A stretch of 64,000 nt of DNA from Auanema rhodensis (taxonomy: Eukaryota; Animalia; Nematoda). Shown piece by piece: positions 24,571 to 39,100 of this stretch (position 1 is its first letter; every line of letters starts with the position of its first letter). The notes under the pieces are model-generated. The model had not been told where the DNA came from and did not search any database. It was given only the letters and a program-made list of their open reading frames with translations. The translations under genes and the position numbers were made by a program. The stretch spans positions 22,134,001 to 22,198,000 of the forward strand of contig OZ059894.1 in assembly GCA_964057225.1 (NCBI GenBank). The letters run 5' to 3'.

Positions 24571-27160
24571 AAAACATCTACTTTTTGCTGAATTATTCTG
24601 AAATTTTTCGAAAAAATTTTTGTCAAAATGTTTTTGGAAGCAATGTTGAGTGTACATGGAAACTCAACATACACTAATGCATCATTTTTCAAACGATCAT
24701 AACTAATTTTTGTATTAAGCGTTTCTCAATGTAGTATAGTGCATTCGATGCGGATTTTTAAGCTGCGTCGATCTGTGTTATCAGATTTGCGCTAGCTTAA
24801 AAATGCAGCGAGATATCAACCGATATAAGTTTACACTTATATCCTCGATTTTCACCCTGAAGAATTAATTTTTTCGTTGAATAACATTGTCCATCGTCTT
24901 TGCCTTAAAAAAAGGAATCTAAAAACATCTACTTTTTGCTAAATTATTTTGAAATTTTTCGAAAAAATTTTTGTCAAAATGTTTTTGGAAGCAATGTTGA
25001 GTGTACATGGAAACTCAACATACACTAATGCATCATTTTTCAAACGATCATAACTAATTTGTGTATTAAGCGTTTCTTGATGTAGTATAGTGCATTCGAT
25101 GCGGATTTTTAAGCTGCGTCGATCTGTGTTATCAGATTTGCGCTAGCTTAAAAATGCACCGAGATATCAACTGATATAAGTTCACACTTATATCCTCGAT
25201 TTTCACCCTGAAGAATTAATTTTTTCGTTGAATAACATTGTCCATCGTCTTTGCCTTGAAAAAAGAAATCTAAAAACATCTACTTTTTGCTAAATTATTT
25301 TGAAATTTTTCGAAAAAATTTTTGTCAAAATGTTTTTGGAAGCAATGTTGAGTGTACATGGAAACTCAACATACACTAATGCATCATTTTTCAAACGATC
25401 ATAACTAATTTTTGTATTAAGCGTTTCTCAATGTAGTATAGTGCATTCGATGCGGATTTTTAAGCTGCGTCGATCTGTGTTATCAGATTTGCGCTAGCTT
25501 GAAAATGCACCGAGATATCAACTGATATAAGTTTACACTTATATCCTCGATTTTCACCCTGAAGAATTAATTTTTTCGTTGAATAACATTGTCCATCGTC
25601 TTTGCCTTGAAAAAAGAAATCTAAAAACATCTACTTTTTGCTAAATTATTTTGAAATTTTTCGAAAAAATTTTTGTCAAAATGTTTTTGGAAGCAATGTT
25701 GAGTGTACATGGAAACTCAACATACACTAATGCATCATTTTTCAAACGATCATAACTAATTTGTGTATTAAGCGTTTCTTGATGTAGTATAGTGCATTCG
25801 ATGCGGATTTTTAAGCTGCGTCGATCTGTGTTATCAGATTTGCGCTAGCTTAAAAATGCACCGAGATATCAACTGATATAAGTTCACACTTATATCCTCG
25901 ATTTTCACCCTGAAGAATTAATTTTTTCGTTGAATAACATTGTCCATCGTCTTTGCCTTGGAAAAAGAAATCTAAAAACATCTACTTTTTGCTGAATTAT
26001 TCTGAAATTTTTCGAAAAAATTTTTGTCAAAATGTTTTTGGAAGCAATGTTGAGTGTACATGGAAACTCAACATACACTAATGCATCATTTTTCAAACGA
26101 TCATAACTAATTTTTGTATTAAGCGTTTCTCAATGTAGTATAGTGCATTCGATGCGGATTTTTAAGCTGCGTCGATCTGTGTTATCAGATTTGCGCTAGC
26201 TTAAAAATGCAGCGAGATATCAACCGATATAAGTTTACACTTATATCCTCGATTTTCACCCTGAAGAATTAATTTTTTCGTTGAATAACATTGTCCATCG
26301 TCTTTGCCTTAAAAAAAGGAATCTAAAAACATCTACTTTTTGCTAAATTATTTTGAAATTTTTCGAAAAAATTTTTGTCAAAATGTTTTTGGAAGCAATG
26401 TTGAGTGTACATGGAAACTCAACATACACTAATGCATCATTTTTCAAACGATCATAACTAATTTGTGTATTAAGCGTTTCTTGATGTAGTATAGTGCATT
26501 CGATGCGGATTTTTAAGCTGCGTCGATCTGTGTTATCAGATTTGCGCTAGCTTAAAAATGCACCGAGATATCAACTGATATAAGTTCACACTTATATCCT
26601 CGATTTTCACCCTGAAGAATTAATTTTTTCGTTGAATAACATTGTCCATCGTCTTTGCCTTGAAAAAAGAAATCTAAAAACATCTACTTTTTGCTAAATT
26701 ATTTTGAAATTTTTCGAAAAAATTTTTGTCAAAATGTTTTTGGAAGCAATGTTGAGTGTACATGGAAACTCAACATACACTAATGCATCATTTTTCAAAC
26801 GATCATAACTAATTTTTGTATTAAGCGTTTCTCAATGTAGTATAGTGCATTCGATGCGGATTTTTAAGCTGCGTCGATCTGTGTTATCAGATTTGCGCTA
26901 GCTTGAAAATGCACCGAGATATCAACTGATATAAGTTTACACTTATATCCTCGATTTTCACCCTGAAGAATTAATTTTTTCGTTGAATAACATTGTCCAT
27001 CGTCTTTGCCTTGAAAAAAGAAATCTAAAAACATCTACTTTTTGCTAAATTATTTTGAAATTTTTCGAAAAAATTTTTGTCAAAATGTTTTTGGAAGCAA
27101 TGTTGAGTGTACATGGAAACTCAACATACACTAATGCATCATTTTTCAAACGATCATAAC
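24571..27160. repeat. Tandem 4-monomer (1404-bp) higher-order duplication, m71-74 / m75-78 (second copy partial)
   Basis: GCAGCG...CAACCGAT at 24808/26212; CTTGAAAATG at 25501/26905; TTGGAAAAAGAA immediately upstream of both copies. Confidence 0.82.
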
Positions 27161-30100
27161 TAATTTTTGTATTAAGCGTTTCTCAATGTAGTATAGTGCA
27201 TTCGATGCGGATTTTTAAGCTGCGTCGATCTGTGTTATCAGATTTGCGCTAGCTTAAAAATGCACCGAGATATCAACTGATATAAGTTCACACTTATATC
27301 CTCGATTTTCACCCTGAAGAATTAATTTTTTCGTTGAATAACATTGTCCATCGTCTTTGCCTTAAAAAAAGGAATCTAAAAACATCTACTTTTTGCTAAA
27401 TTATTTTGAAATTTTTCGAAAAAATTTTTGTCAAAATGTTTTTGGAAGCAATGTTGAGTGTACATGGAAACTCAACATACACTAATGCATCATTTTTCAA
27501 ACGATCATAACTAATTTGTGTATTAAGCGTTTCTCAATGTAGTATAGTGCATTCGATGCGGATTTTTAAGCTGCGTCGATCTGTGTTATCAGATTTGCGC
27601 TAGCTTAAAAATGCACCGAGATATCAACTGATATAAGTTCACACTTATATCCTCGATTTTCACCCTGAAGAATTAATTTTTTCGTTGAATAACATTGTCC
27701 ATCGTCTTTGCCTTGGAAAAAGAAATCTAAAAACATCTACTTTTTGCTGAATTATTCTGAAATTTTTCGAAAAAATTTTTGTCAAAATGTTTTTGGAAGC
27801 AATGTTGAGTGTACATGGAAACTCAACATACACTAATGCATCATTTTTCAAACGATCATAACTAATTTTTGTATTAAGCGTTTCTCAATGTAGTATAGTG
27901 CATTCGATGCGGATTTTTAAGCTGCGTCGATCTGTGTTATCAGATTTGCGCTAGCTTAAAAATGCACCGAGATATCAACTGATATAAGTTTACACTTATA
28001 TCCTCGATTTTCACCCTGAAGAATTAATTTTTTCGTTGAATAACATTGTCCATCGTCTTTGCCTTAAAAAAAGGAATCTAAAAACATCTACTTTTTGCTA
28101 AATTATTTTGAAATTTTTCGAAAAAATTTTTGTCAAAATGTTTTTGGAAGCAATGTTGAGTGTACATGGAAACTCAACATACACTAATGCATCATTTTTC
28201 AAACGATCATAACTAATTTTTGTATCAAGCGTTTCTTGATGTAGTATAGTGCATTCGATGCGGATTTTTAAGCTGCGTCGATCTGTGTTATCAGATTTGC
28301 GCTAGCTTAAAAATGCAGCGAGATATCAACTGATATAAGTTCACACTTATATCCTCGATTTTCACCCTGAAGAATTAATTTTTTCGTTGAATAACATTGT
28401 CCATCGTCTTTGCCTTAAAAAAAGGAATCTAAAAACATCTACTTTTTGCTAAATTATTTTGAAATTTTTCGAAAAAATTTTTGTCAAAATGTTTTTGGAA
28501 GCAATGTTGAGTGTACATGGAAACTCAACATACACTAATGCATCATTTTTCAAACGATCATAACTAATTTGTGTATTAAGCGTTTCTTGATGTAGTATAG
28601 TGCATTCGATGCGGATTTTTAAGCTGCGTCGATCTGTGTTATCAGATTTGCGCTAGCTTAAAAATGCACCGAGATATCAACTGATATAAGTTCACACTTA
28701 TATCCTCGATTTTCACCCTGAAGAATTAATTTTTTCGTTGAATAACATTGTCCATCGTCTTTGCCTTAAAAAAAGGAATCTAAAAACATCTACTTTTTGC
28801 TAAATTATTTTGAAATTTTTCGAAAAAATTTTTGTCAAAATGTTTTTGGAAGCAATGTTGAGTGTACATGGAAACTCAACATACACTAATGCATCATTTT
28901 TCAAACGAACATAACTAATTTTTTTATCAAGCGTTTCTCAATGTAGTATAGTGCATTCGATGCGGATTTTTAAGCTGCGTCGATCTGTGTTATCAAATTT
29001 GCGCTAGCTTAAAAATGCACCGAGATATCAACTGATATAAGTTCACACTTATATCCTCGATTTTCACCCTGAAGAATTAATTTTTTCGTTGAATAACATT
29101 GTCCATCGTCTTTGCCTTAAAAACGGGAATCTAAAAACATCTACTTTTTGCTAAATTATTTTGAAATTTTTCGAAAAAATTTTTGTCAAAATGTTTTTGG
29201 AAGCAATGTTGAGTGTACATGGAAACTCAACATACACTAATGCATCATTTTTCAAACGATCAAAACTAATTTTTGTATTAAGCGTTTCTCAATGTAGTAT
29301 AGTGCATTCGATGCGGATTTTTAAGCTGCGTCGATCTGTGTTATCAGATTTGCGCTAGCTTAAAAATGCACCGAGATATCAACTGATGTAAGTTCACACT
29401 TATATCCTCGATTTTCACCCTGAAGAATTAATTTTTTCGTTGAATAACATTGTCCATCTTCTTTGCCTTGAAAAAAGGAATCTAAAAACATCTACTTTTT
29501 GCTAAATTATTTTGAAATTTTTCGAAAAAATTTTTGTCAAAATGTTTTTGGAAGCAATGTTGAGTGTACATGGAAACTCAACATACACTAATGCATCATT
29601 TTTCAAACGATCATAACTAATTTTTGTATCAAGCGTTTCTTGATGTAGTATAGTGCATTCGATGCGGATTTTTAAGCTGCGTCGATCTGTGTTATCAGAT
29701 TTGCGCTAGCTTAAAAATGCACCGAGATATCAACTGATATAAGTTCACACTTATATCCTCGATTTTCACCCTGAAGAATTAATTTTTTCGTTGAATAACA
29801 TTGTCTATCGTCTTTGCCTTGAAAAATGGAATCTAAAAACATCTACTTTTTGCTAAATTATTTTGAAATTTTTCGAAAAAATTTTTGTCAAAATGTTTTT
29901 GGAAGCAATGTTGAGTGTACATGGAAACTCAACATACACTAATGCATCATTTTTCAAACGATCATAACTAATTTTTGTATCAAGCGTTTCTTGATGTAGT
30001 ATAGTGCATTCGATGCGGATTTTTAAGCTGCGTCGATCTGTGTTATCAGATTTGCGCTAGCTTAAAAATGCACCGAGATATCAACTGATATAAGTTCACA

Positions 30101-33100
30101 CTTATATCCTCGATTTTCACCCTGAAGAATTAATTTTTTCGTTGAATAACATTGTCCATCGTCTTTGCCTTAAAAAAAGGAATCTAAAAACATCTACTTT
30201 TTGCTAAATTATTCTGAAATTTTTCGAAAAAATTTTTGTCAAAATGTTTTTGGAAGCAATGTTGAGTGTACATGGAAACTCAACATACACTAATGCATCA
30301 TTTTTCAAACGATCATAACTAATTTGTGTATTAAGCGTTTCTTGATGTAGTATAGTGCATTCGATGCGGATTTTTAAGCTGCGTCGATCTGTGTTATCAG
30401 ATTTGCGCTAGCTTAAAAATGCACCGAGATATCAACTGATATAAGTTCACACTTATATCCTCGATTTTCACCCTGAAGAATTAATTTTTTCGTTGAATAA
30501 CATTGTCCATCGTCTTTGCCTTAAAAAAAGGAATCTAAAAACATCTACTTTTTGCTAAATTATTTTGAAATTTTTCGAAAAAATTTTTGTCAAAATGTTT
30601 TTGGAAGCAATGTTGAGTGTACATGGAAACTCAACATACACTAATGCATCATTTTTCAAACGATCATAACTAATTTTTGTATCAAGCGTTTCTTGATGTA
30701 GTATAGTGCATTCGATGCGGATTTTTAAGCTGCGTCGATCTGTGTTATCAGATTTGCGCTAGCTTAAAAATGCACCGAGATATCAACTGATATAAGTTCA
30801 CACTTATATCCTCGATTTTCACCCTGAAGAATTAATTTTTTCGTTGAATAACATTGTCCATCGTCTTTGCCTTAAAAAAAGGAATCTAAAAACATCTACT
30901 TTTTGCTAAATTATTTTGAAATTTTTCGAAAAAATTTTTGTCAAAATGTTTTTGGAAGCAATGTTGAGTGTACATGGAAACTCAACATACACTAATGCAT
31001 CATTTTTCAAACGATCATAACTAATTTTTGTATCAAGCGTTTCTTGATGTAGTATAGTGCATTCGATGCGGATTTTTAAGCTGCGTCGATCTGTGTTATC
31101 AGATTTGCGCTAGCTTAAAAATGCACCGAGATATCAACTGATATAAGTTCACACTTATATCCTCGATTTTCACCCTGAAGAATTAATTTTTTCGTTGAAT
31201 AACATTGTCTATCGTCTTTGCCTTGAAAAATGGAATCTAAAAACATCTACTTTTTGCTAAATTATTTTGAAATTTTTCGAAAAAATTTTTGTCAAAATGT
31301 TTTTGGAAGCAATGTTGAGTGTACATGGAAACTCAACATACACTAATGCATCATTTTTCAAACGATCATAACTAATTTTTGTATCAAGCGTTTCTTGATG
31401 TAGTATAGTGCATTCGATGCGGATTTTTAAGCTGCGTCGATCTGTGTTATCAGATTTGCGCTAGCTTAAAAATGCACCGAGATATCAACTGATATAAGTT
31501 CACACTTATATCCTCGATTTTCACCCTGAAGAATTAATTTTTTCGTTGAATAACATTGTCCATCGTCTTTGCCTTAAAAAAAGGAATCTAAAAACATCTA
31601 CTTTTTGCTAAATTATTCTGAAATTTTTCGAAAAAATTTTTGTCAAAATGTTTTTGGAAGCAATGTTGAGTGTACATGGAAACTCAACATACACTAATGC
31701 ATCATTTTTCAAACGATCATAACTAATTTTTGTATCAAGCGTTTCTTGATGTAGTATAGTGCATTCGATGCGGATTTTTAAGCTGCGTCGATCTGTGTTA
31801 TCAGATTTGCGCTAGCTTAAAAATGCACCGAGATATCAACTGATATAAGTTCACACTTATATCCTCGATTTTCACCCTGAAGAATTAATTTTTTCGTTGA
31901 ATAACATTGTCTATCGTCTTTGCCTTGAAAAATGGAATCTAAAAACATCTACTTTTTGCTAAATTATTCTGAAATTTTTCGAAAAAATTTTTGTCAAAAT
32001 GTTTTTGGAAGCAATGTTGAGTGTACATGGAAACTCAACATACACTAATGCATCATTTTTCAAACGATCATAACTAATTTGTGTATTAAGCGTTTCTTGA
32101 TGTAGTATAGTGCATTCGATGCGGATTTTTAAGCTGCGTCGATCTGTGTTATCAGATTTGCGCTAGCTTAAAAATGCACCGAGATATCAACTGATATAAG
32201 TTCACACTTATATCCTCGATTTTCACCCTGAAGAATTAATTTTTTCGTTGAATAACATTGTCCATCGTCTTTGCCTTAAAAAAAGGAATCTAAAAACATC
32301 TACTTTTTGCTAAATTATTTTGAAATTTTTCGAAAAAATTTTTGTCAAAATGTTTTTGGAAGCAATTTTGAGTGTACATGGAAACTCAACATACACTAAT
32401 GCATCATTTTTCAAACGATCATTACTAATTTTTGTATCAAGCGTTTCTTGATGTAGTATAGTGCATTCGATGCGGATTTTTAAGCTGCGTCGATCTGTGT
32501 TATCAGATTTGCGCTAGCTTAAAAATGCACCGAGATATCAACTGATATAAGTTCACACTTATATCCTCGATTTTCACCCTGAAGAATTAATTTTTTCGTT
32601 GAATAACATTGTCTATCGTCTTTGCCTTGAAAAATGGAATCTAAAAACATCTACTTTTTGCTAAATTATTTTGAAATTTTTCGAAAAAATTTTTGTCAAA
32701 ATGTTTTTGGAAGCAATGTTGAGTGTACATGGAAACTCAACATACACTAATGCATCATTTTTCAAACGATCATAACTAATTTTTGTATCAAGCGTTTCTT
32801 GATGTAGTATAGTGCATTCGATGCGGATTTTTAAGCTGCGTCGATCTGTGTTATCAGATTTGCGCTAGCTTAAAAATGCACCGAGATATCAACTGATATA
32901 AGTTCACACTTATATCCTCGATTTTCACCCTGAAGAATTAATTTTTTCGTTGAATAACATTGTCCATCGTCTTTGCCTTAAAAAAAGGAATCTAAAAACA
33001 TCTACTTTTTGCTAAATTATTCTGAAATTTTTCGAAAAAATTTTTGTCAAAATGTTTTTGGAAGCAATGTTGAGTGTACATGGAAACTCAACATACACTA

Positions 33101-36100
33101 ATGCATCATTTTTCAAACGATCATAACTAATTTGTGTATTAAGCGTTTCTTGATGTAGTATAGTGCATTCGATGCGGATTTTTAAGCTGCGTCGATCTGT
33201 GTTATCAGATTTGCGCTAGCTTAAAAATGCACCGAGATATCAACTGATATAAGTTCACACTTATATCCTCGATTTTCACCCTGAAGAATTAATTTTTTCG
33301 TTGAATAACATTGTCCATCGTCTTTGCCTTAAAAAAAGGAATCTAAAAACATCTACTTTTTGCTAAATTATTTTGAAATTTTTCGAAAAAATTTTTGTCA
33401 AAATGTTTTTGGAAGCAATGTTGAGTGTACATGGAAACTCAACATACACTAATGCATCATTTTTCAAACGATCATAACTAATTTTTGTATCAAGCGTTTC
33501 TTGATGTAGTATAGTGCATTCGATGCGGATTTTTAAGCTGCGTCGATCTGTGTTATCAGATTTGCGCTAGCTTAAAAATGCACCGAGATATCAACTGATA
33601 TAAGTTCACACTTATATCCTCGATTTTCACCCTGAAGAATTAATTTTTTCGTTGAATAACATTGTCTATCGTCTTTGCCTTGAAAAATGGAATCTAAAAA
33701 CATCTACTTTTTGCTAAATTATTTTGAAATTTTTCGAAAAAATTTTTGTCAAAATGTTTTTGGAAGCAATGTTGAGTGTACATGGAAACTCAACATACAC
33801 TAATGCATCATTTTTCAAACGATCATAACTAATTTTTGTATCAAGCGTTTCTTGATGTAGTATAGTGCATTCGATGCGGATTTTTAAGCTGCGTCGATCT
33901 GTGTTATCAGATTTGCGCTAGCTTAAAAATGCACCGAGATATCAACTGATATAAGTTCACACTTATATCCTCGATTTTCACCCTGAAGAATTAATTTTTT
34001 CGTTGAATAACATTGTCCATCGTCTTTGCCTTAAAAAAAGGAATCTAAAAACATCTACTTTTTGCTAAATTATTCTGAAATTTTTCGAAAAAATTTTTGT
34101 CAAAATGTTTTTGGAAGCAATGTTGAGTGTACATGGAAACTCAACATACACTAATGCATCATTTTTCAAACGATCATAACTAATTTGTGTATTAAGCGTT
34201 TCTTGATGTAGTATAGTGCATTCGATGCGGATTTTTAAGCTGCGTCGATCTGTGTTATCAGATTTGCGCTAGCTTAAAAATGCACCGAGATATCAACTGA
34301 TATAAGTTCACACTTATATCCTCGATTTTCACCCTGAAGAATTAATTTTTTCGTTGAATAACATTGTCCATCGTCTTTGCCTTAAAAAAAGGAATCTAAA
34401 AACATCTACTTTTTGCTAAATTATTTTGAAATTTTTCGAAAAAATTTTTGTCAAAATGTTTTTGGAAGCAATGTTGAGTGTACATGGAAACTCAACATAC
34501 ACTAATGCATCATTTTTCAAACGATCATTACTAATTTTTGTATCAAGCGTTTCTTGATGTAGTATAGTGCATTCGATGCGGATTTTTAAGCTGCGTCGAT
34601 CTGTGTTATCAGATTTTGCGCTAGCTTAAAAATGCACCGAGATATCAACTGATATAAGTTCACACTTATATCCTCGATTTTCACCCTGAAGAATTAATTT
34701 TTTCGTTGAATAACATTGTCCATCGTCTTTGCCTTAAAAAAAGGAATCTAAAAACATCTACTTTTTGCTAAATTATTTTGAAATTTTTCGAAAAAATTTT
34801 TGTCAAAATGTTTTTGGAAGCAATGTTGAGTGTACATGGAAACTCAACATACACTAATGCATCATTTTTCAAACGATCATAACTAATTTTTGTATCAAGC
34901 GTTTCTTGATGTAGTATAGTGCATTCGATGCGGATTTTTAAGCTGCGTCGATCTGTGTTATCAGATTTGCGCTAGCTTAAAAATGCACCGAGATATCAAC
35001 TGATATAAGTTCACACTTATATCCTCGATTTTCACCCTGAAGAATTAATTTTTTCGTTGAATAACATTGTCTATCGTCTTTGCCTTGAAAAATGGAATCT
35101 AAAAACATCTACTTTTTGCTAAATTATTTTGAAATTTTTCGAAAAAATTTTTGTCAAAATGTTTTTGGAAGCAATGTTGAGTGTACATGGAAACTCAACA
35201 TACACTAATGCATCATTTTTCAAACGATCATAACTAATTTTTGTATCAAGCGTTTCTTGATGTAGTATAGTGCATTCGATGCGGATTTTTAAGCTGCGTC
35301 GATCTGTGTTATCAGATTTGCGCTAGCTTAAAAATGCACCGAGATATCAACTGATATAAGTTCACACTTATATCCTCGATTTTCACCCTGAAGAATTAAT
35401 TTTTTCGTTGAATAACATTGTCCATCGTCTTTGCCTTAAAAAAAGGAATCTAAAAACATCTACTTTTTGCTAAATTATTCTGAAATTTTTCGAAAAAATT
35501 TTTGTCAAAATGTTTTTGGAAGCAATGTTGAGTGTACATGGAAACTCAACATACACTAATGCATCATTTTTCAAACGATCATAACTAATTTGTGTATTAA
35601 GCGTTTCTTGATGTAGTATAGTGCATTCGATGCGGATTTTTAAGCTGCGTCGATCTGTGTTATCAGATTTGCGCTAGCTTAAAAATGCACCGAGATATCA
35701 ACTGATATAAGTTCACACTTATATCCTCGATTTTCACCCTGAAGAATTAATTTTTTCGTTGAATAACATTGTCCATCGTCTTTGCCTTAAAAAAAGGAAT
35801 CTAAAAACATCTACTTTTTGCTAAATTATTCTGAAATTTTTCGAAAAAATTTTTGTCAAAATGTTTTTGGAAGCAATGTTGAGTGTACATGGAAACTCAA
35901 CATACACTAATGCATCATTTTTCAAACGATCATAACTAATTTTTGTATCAAGCGTTTCTTGATGTAGTATAGTGCATTCGATGCGGATTTTTAAGCTGCG
36001 TCGATCTGTGTTATCAGATTTGCGCTAGCTTAAAAATGCACCAAGATATCAACTGATATAAGTTCACACTTATATCCTCGATTTTCACCCTGAAGAATTA

Positions 36101-39100
36101 ATTTTTTCGTTGAATAACATTGTCTATCGTCTTTGCCTTGAAAAATGGAATCTAAAAACATCTACTTTTTGCTAAATTATTTTGAAATTTTTCGAAAAAA
36201 TTTTTGTCAAAATGTTTTTGGAAGCAATGTTGAGTGTACATGGAAACTCAACATACACTAATGCATCATTTTTCAAACGATCATAACTAATTTTTGTATC
36301 AAGCGTTTCTTGATGTAGTATAGTGCATTCGATGCGGATTTTTAAGCTGCGTCGATCTGTGTTATCAGATTTGCGCTAGCTTAAAAATGCACCGAGATAT
36401 CAACTGATATAAGTTCACACTTATATCCTCGATTTTCACCCTGAAGAATTAATTTTTTCGTTGAATAACATTGTCCATCGTCTTTGCCTTAAAAAAAGGA
36501 ATCTAAAAACATCTACTTTTTGCTAAATTATTCTGAAATTTTTCGAAAAAATTTTTGTCAAAATGTTTTTGGAAGCAATGTTGAGTGTACATGGAAACTC
36601 AACATACACTAATGCATCATTTTTCAAACGATCATAACTAATTTGTGTATTAAGCGTTTCTTGATGTAGTATAGTGCATTCGATGCGGATTTTTAAGCTG
36701 CGTCGATCTGTGTTATCAGATTTGCGCTAGCTTAAAAATGCACCGAGATATCAACTGATATAAGTTCACACTTATATCCTCGATTTTCACCCTGAAGAAT
36801 TAATTTTTTCGTTGAATAACATTGTCCATCGTCTTTGCCTTAAAAAAAGGAATCTAAAAACATCTACTTTTTGCTAAATTATTCTGAAATTTTTCGAAAA
36901 AATTTTTGTCAAAATGTTTTTGGAAGCAATGTTGAGTGTACATGGAAACTCAACATACACTAATGCATCATTTTTCAAACGATCATAACTAATTTTTGTA
37001 TCAAACGTTTCTCAATGTAGTATAGTGCATTCGATGCGGATTTTTAAGCTGCGTCGATCTGTGTTATCAGATTTGCGCTAGCTTAAAAATGCACCGAGAT
37101 ATCAACTGATATAAGTTCACACTTATATCCTCGATTTTCACCCTGAAGAATTAATTTTTTCGTTGAATAACATTGTCCATCGTCTTTGCCTTGGAAAAAG
37201 GAATCTAAAAACATCTACTTTTTGCTGAATTATTCTGAAATTTTTCGAAAAAATTTTTGTCAAAATGTTTTTGGAAGCAATGTTGAGTGTACATGGAAAC
37301 TCAACATACACTAATGCATCATTTTTCAAACGATCATAACTAATTTTTGTATTAAGCGTTTCTCAATGTAGTATAGTGCATTCGATGCGGATTTTTAAGC
37401 TGCGTCGATCTGTGTTATCAGATTTGCGCTAGCTTAAAAATGCACCGAGATATCAACTGATATAAGTTTACACTTATATCCTCGATTTTCACCCTGAAGA
37501 ATTAATTTTTTCGTTGAATAACATTGTCCATCGTCTTTGCCTTAAAAAAAGGAATCTAAAAACATCTACTTTTTGCTAAATTATTTTGAAATTTTTCGAA
37601 AAAATTTTTGTCAAAATGTTTTTGGAAGCAATGTTGAGTGTACATGGAAACTCAACATACACTAATGCATCATTTTTCAAACGATCATAACTAATTTTTG
37701 TATCAAGCGTTTCTTGATGTAGTATAGTGCATTCGATGCGGATTTTTAAGCTGCGTCGATCTGTGTTATCAGATTTGCGCTAGCTTAAAAATGCACCGAG
37801 ATATCAACTGATGTAAGTTCACACTTATATCCTCGATTTTCACCCTGAAGAATTAATTTTTTCGTTGAATAACATTGTCCATCTTCTTTGCCTTGAAAAA
37901 AGGAATCTAAAAACATCTACTTTTTGCTAAATTATTTTGAAATTTTTCGAAAAAATTTTTGTCAAAATGTTTTTGGAAGCAATGTTGAGTGTACATGGAA
38001 ACTCAACATACACTAATGCATCATTTTTCAAACGATCAAAACTAATTTTTGTATTAAGCGTTTCTCAATGTAGTATAGTGCATTCGATGCGGATTTTTAA
38101 GCTGCGTCGATCTGTGTTATCAGATTTGCGCTAGCTTAAAAATGCACCGAGATATCAACTGATGTAAGTTCACACTTATATCCTCGATTTTCACCCTGAA
38201 GAATTAATTTTTTCGTTGAATAACATTGTCCATCTTCTTTGCCTTGAAAAAAGGAATCTAAAAACATCTACTTTTTGCTAAATTATTTTGAAATTTTTCG
38301 AAAAAATTTTTGTCAAAATGTTTTTGGAAGCAATGTTGAGTGTACATGGAAACTCAACATACACTAATGCATCATTTTTCAAACGATCATAACTAATTTT
38401 TGTATCAAGCGTTTCTTGATGTAGTATAGTGCATTCGATGCGGATTTTTAAGCTGCGTCGATCTGTGTTATCAGATTTGCGCTAGCTTAAAAATGCACCG
38501 AGATATCAACTGATATAAGTTCACACTTATATCCTCGATTTTCACCCTGAAGAATTAATTTTTTCGTTGAATAACATTGTCCATCGTCTTTGCCTTAAAA
38601 AAAGGAATCTAAAAACATCTACTTTTTGCTAAATTATTTTGAAATTTTTCGAAAAAATTTTTGTCAAAATGTTTCTGGAAGCAATGTTGAGTGTACATGG
38701 AAACTCAACATACACTAATGCATCATTTTTCAAACGAACATAACTAATTTTTTTATCAAGCGTTTCTCAATGTAGTATAGTGCATTCGATGCGGATTTTT
38801 AAGCTGCGTCGATCTGTGTTATCAAATTTGCGCTAGCTTAAAAATGCACCGAGATATCAACTGATATAAGTTCACACTTATATCCTCGATTTTCACCCTG
38901 AAGAATTAATTTTTTCGTTGAATAACATTGTCCATCGTCTTTGCCTTAAAAACGGGAATCTAAAAACATCTACTTTTTGCTAAATTATTTTGAAATTTTT
39001 CGAAAAAATTTTTGTCAAAATGTTTTTGGAAGCAATGTTGAGTGTACATGGAAACTCAACATACACTAATGCATCATTTTTCAAACGATCAAAACTAATT

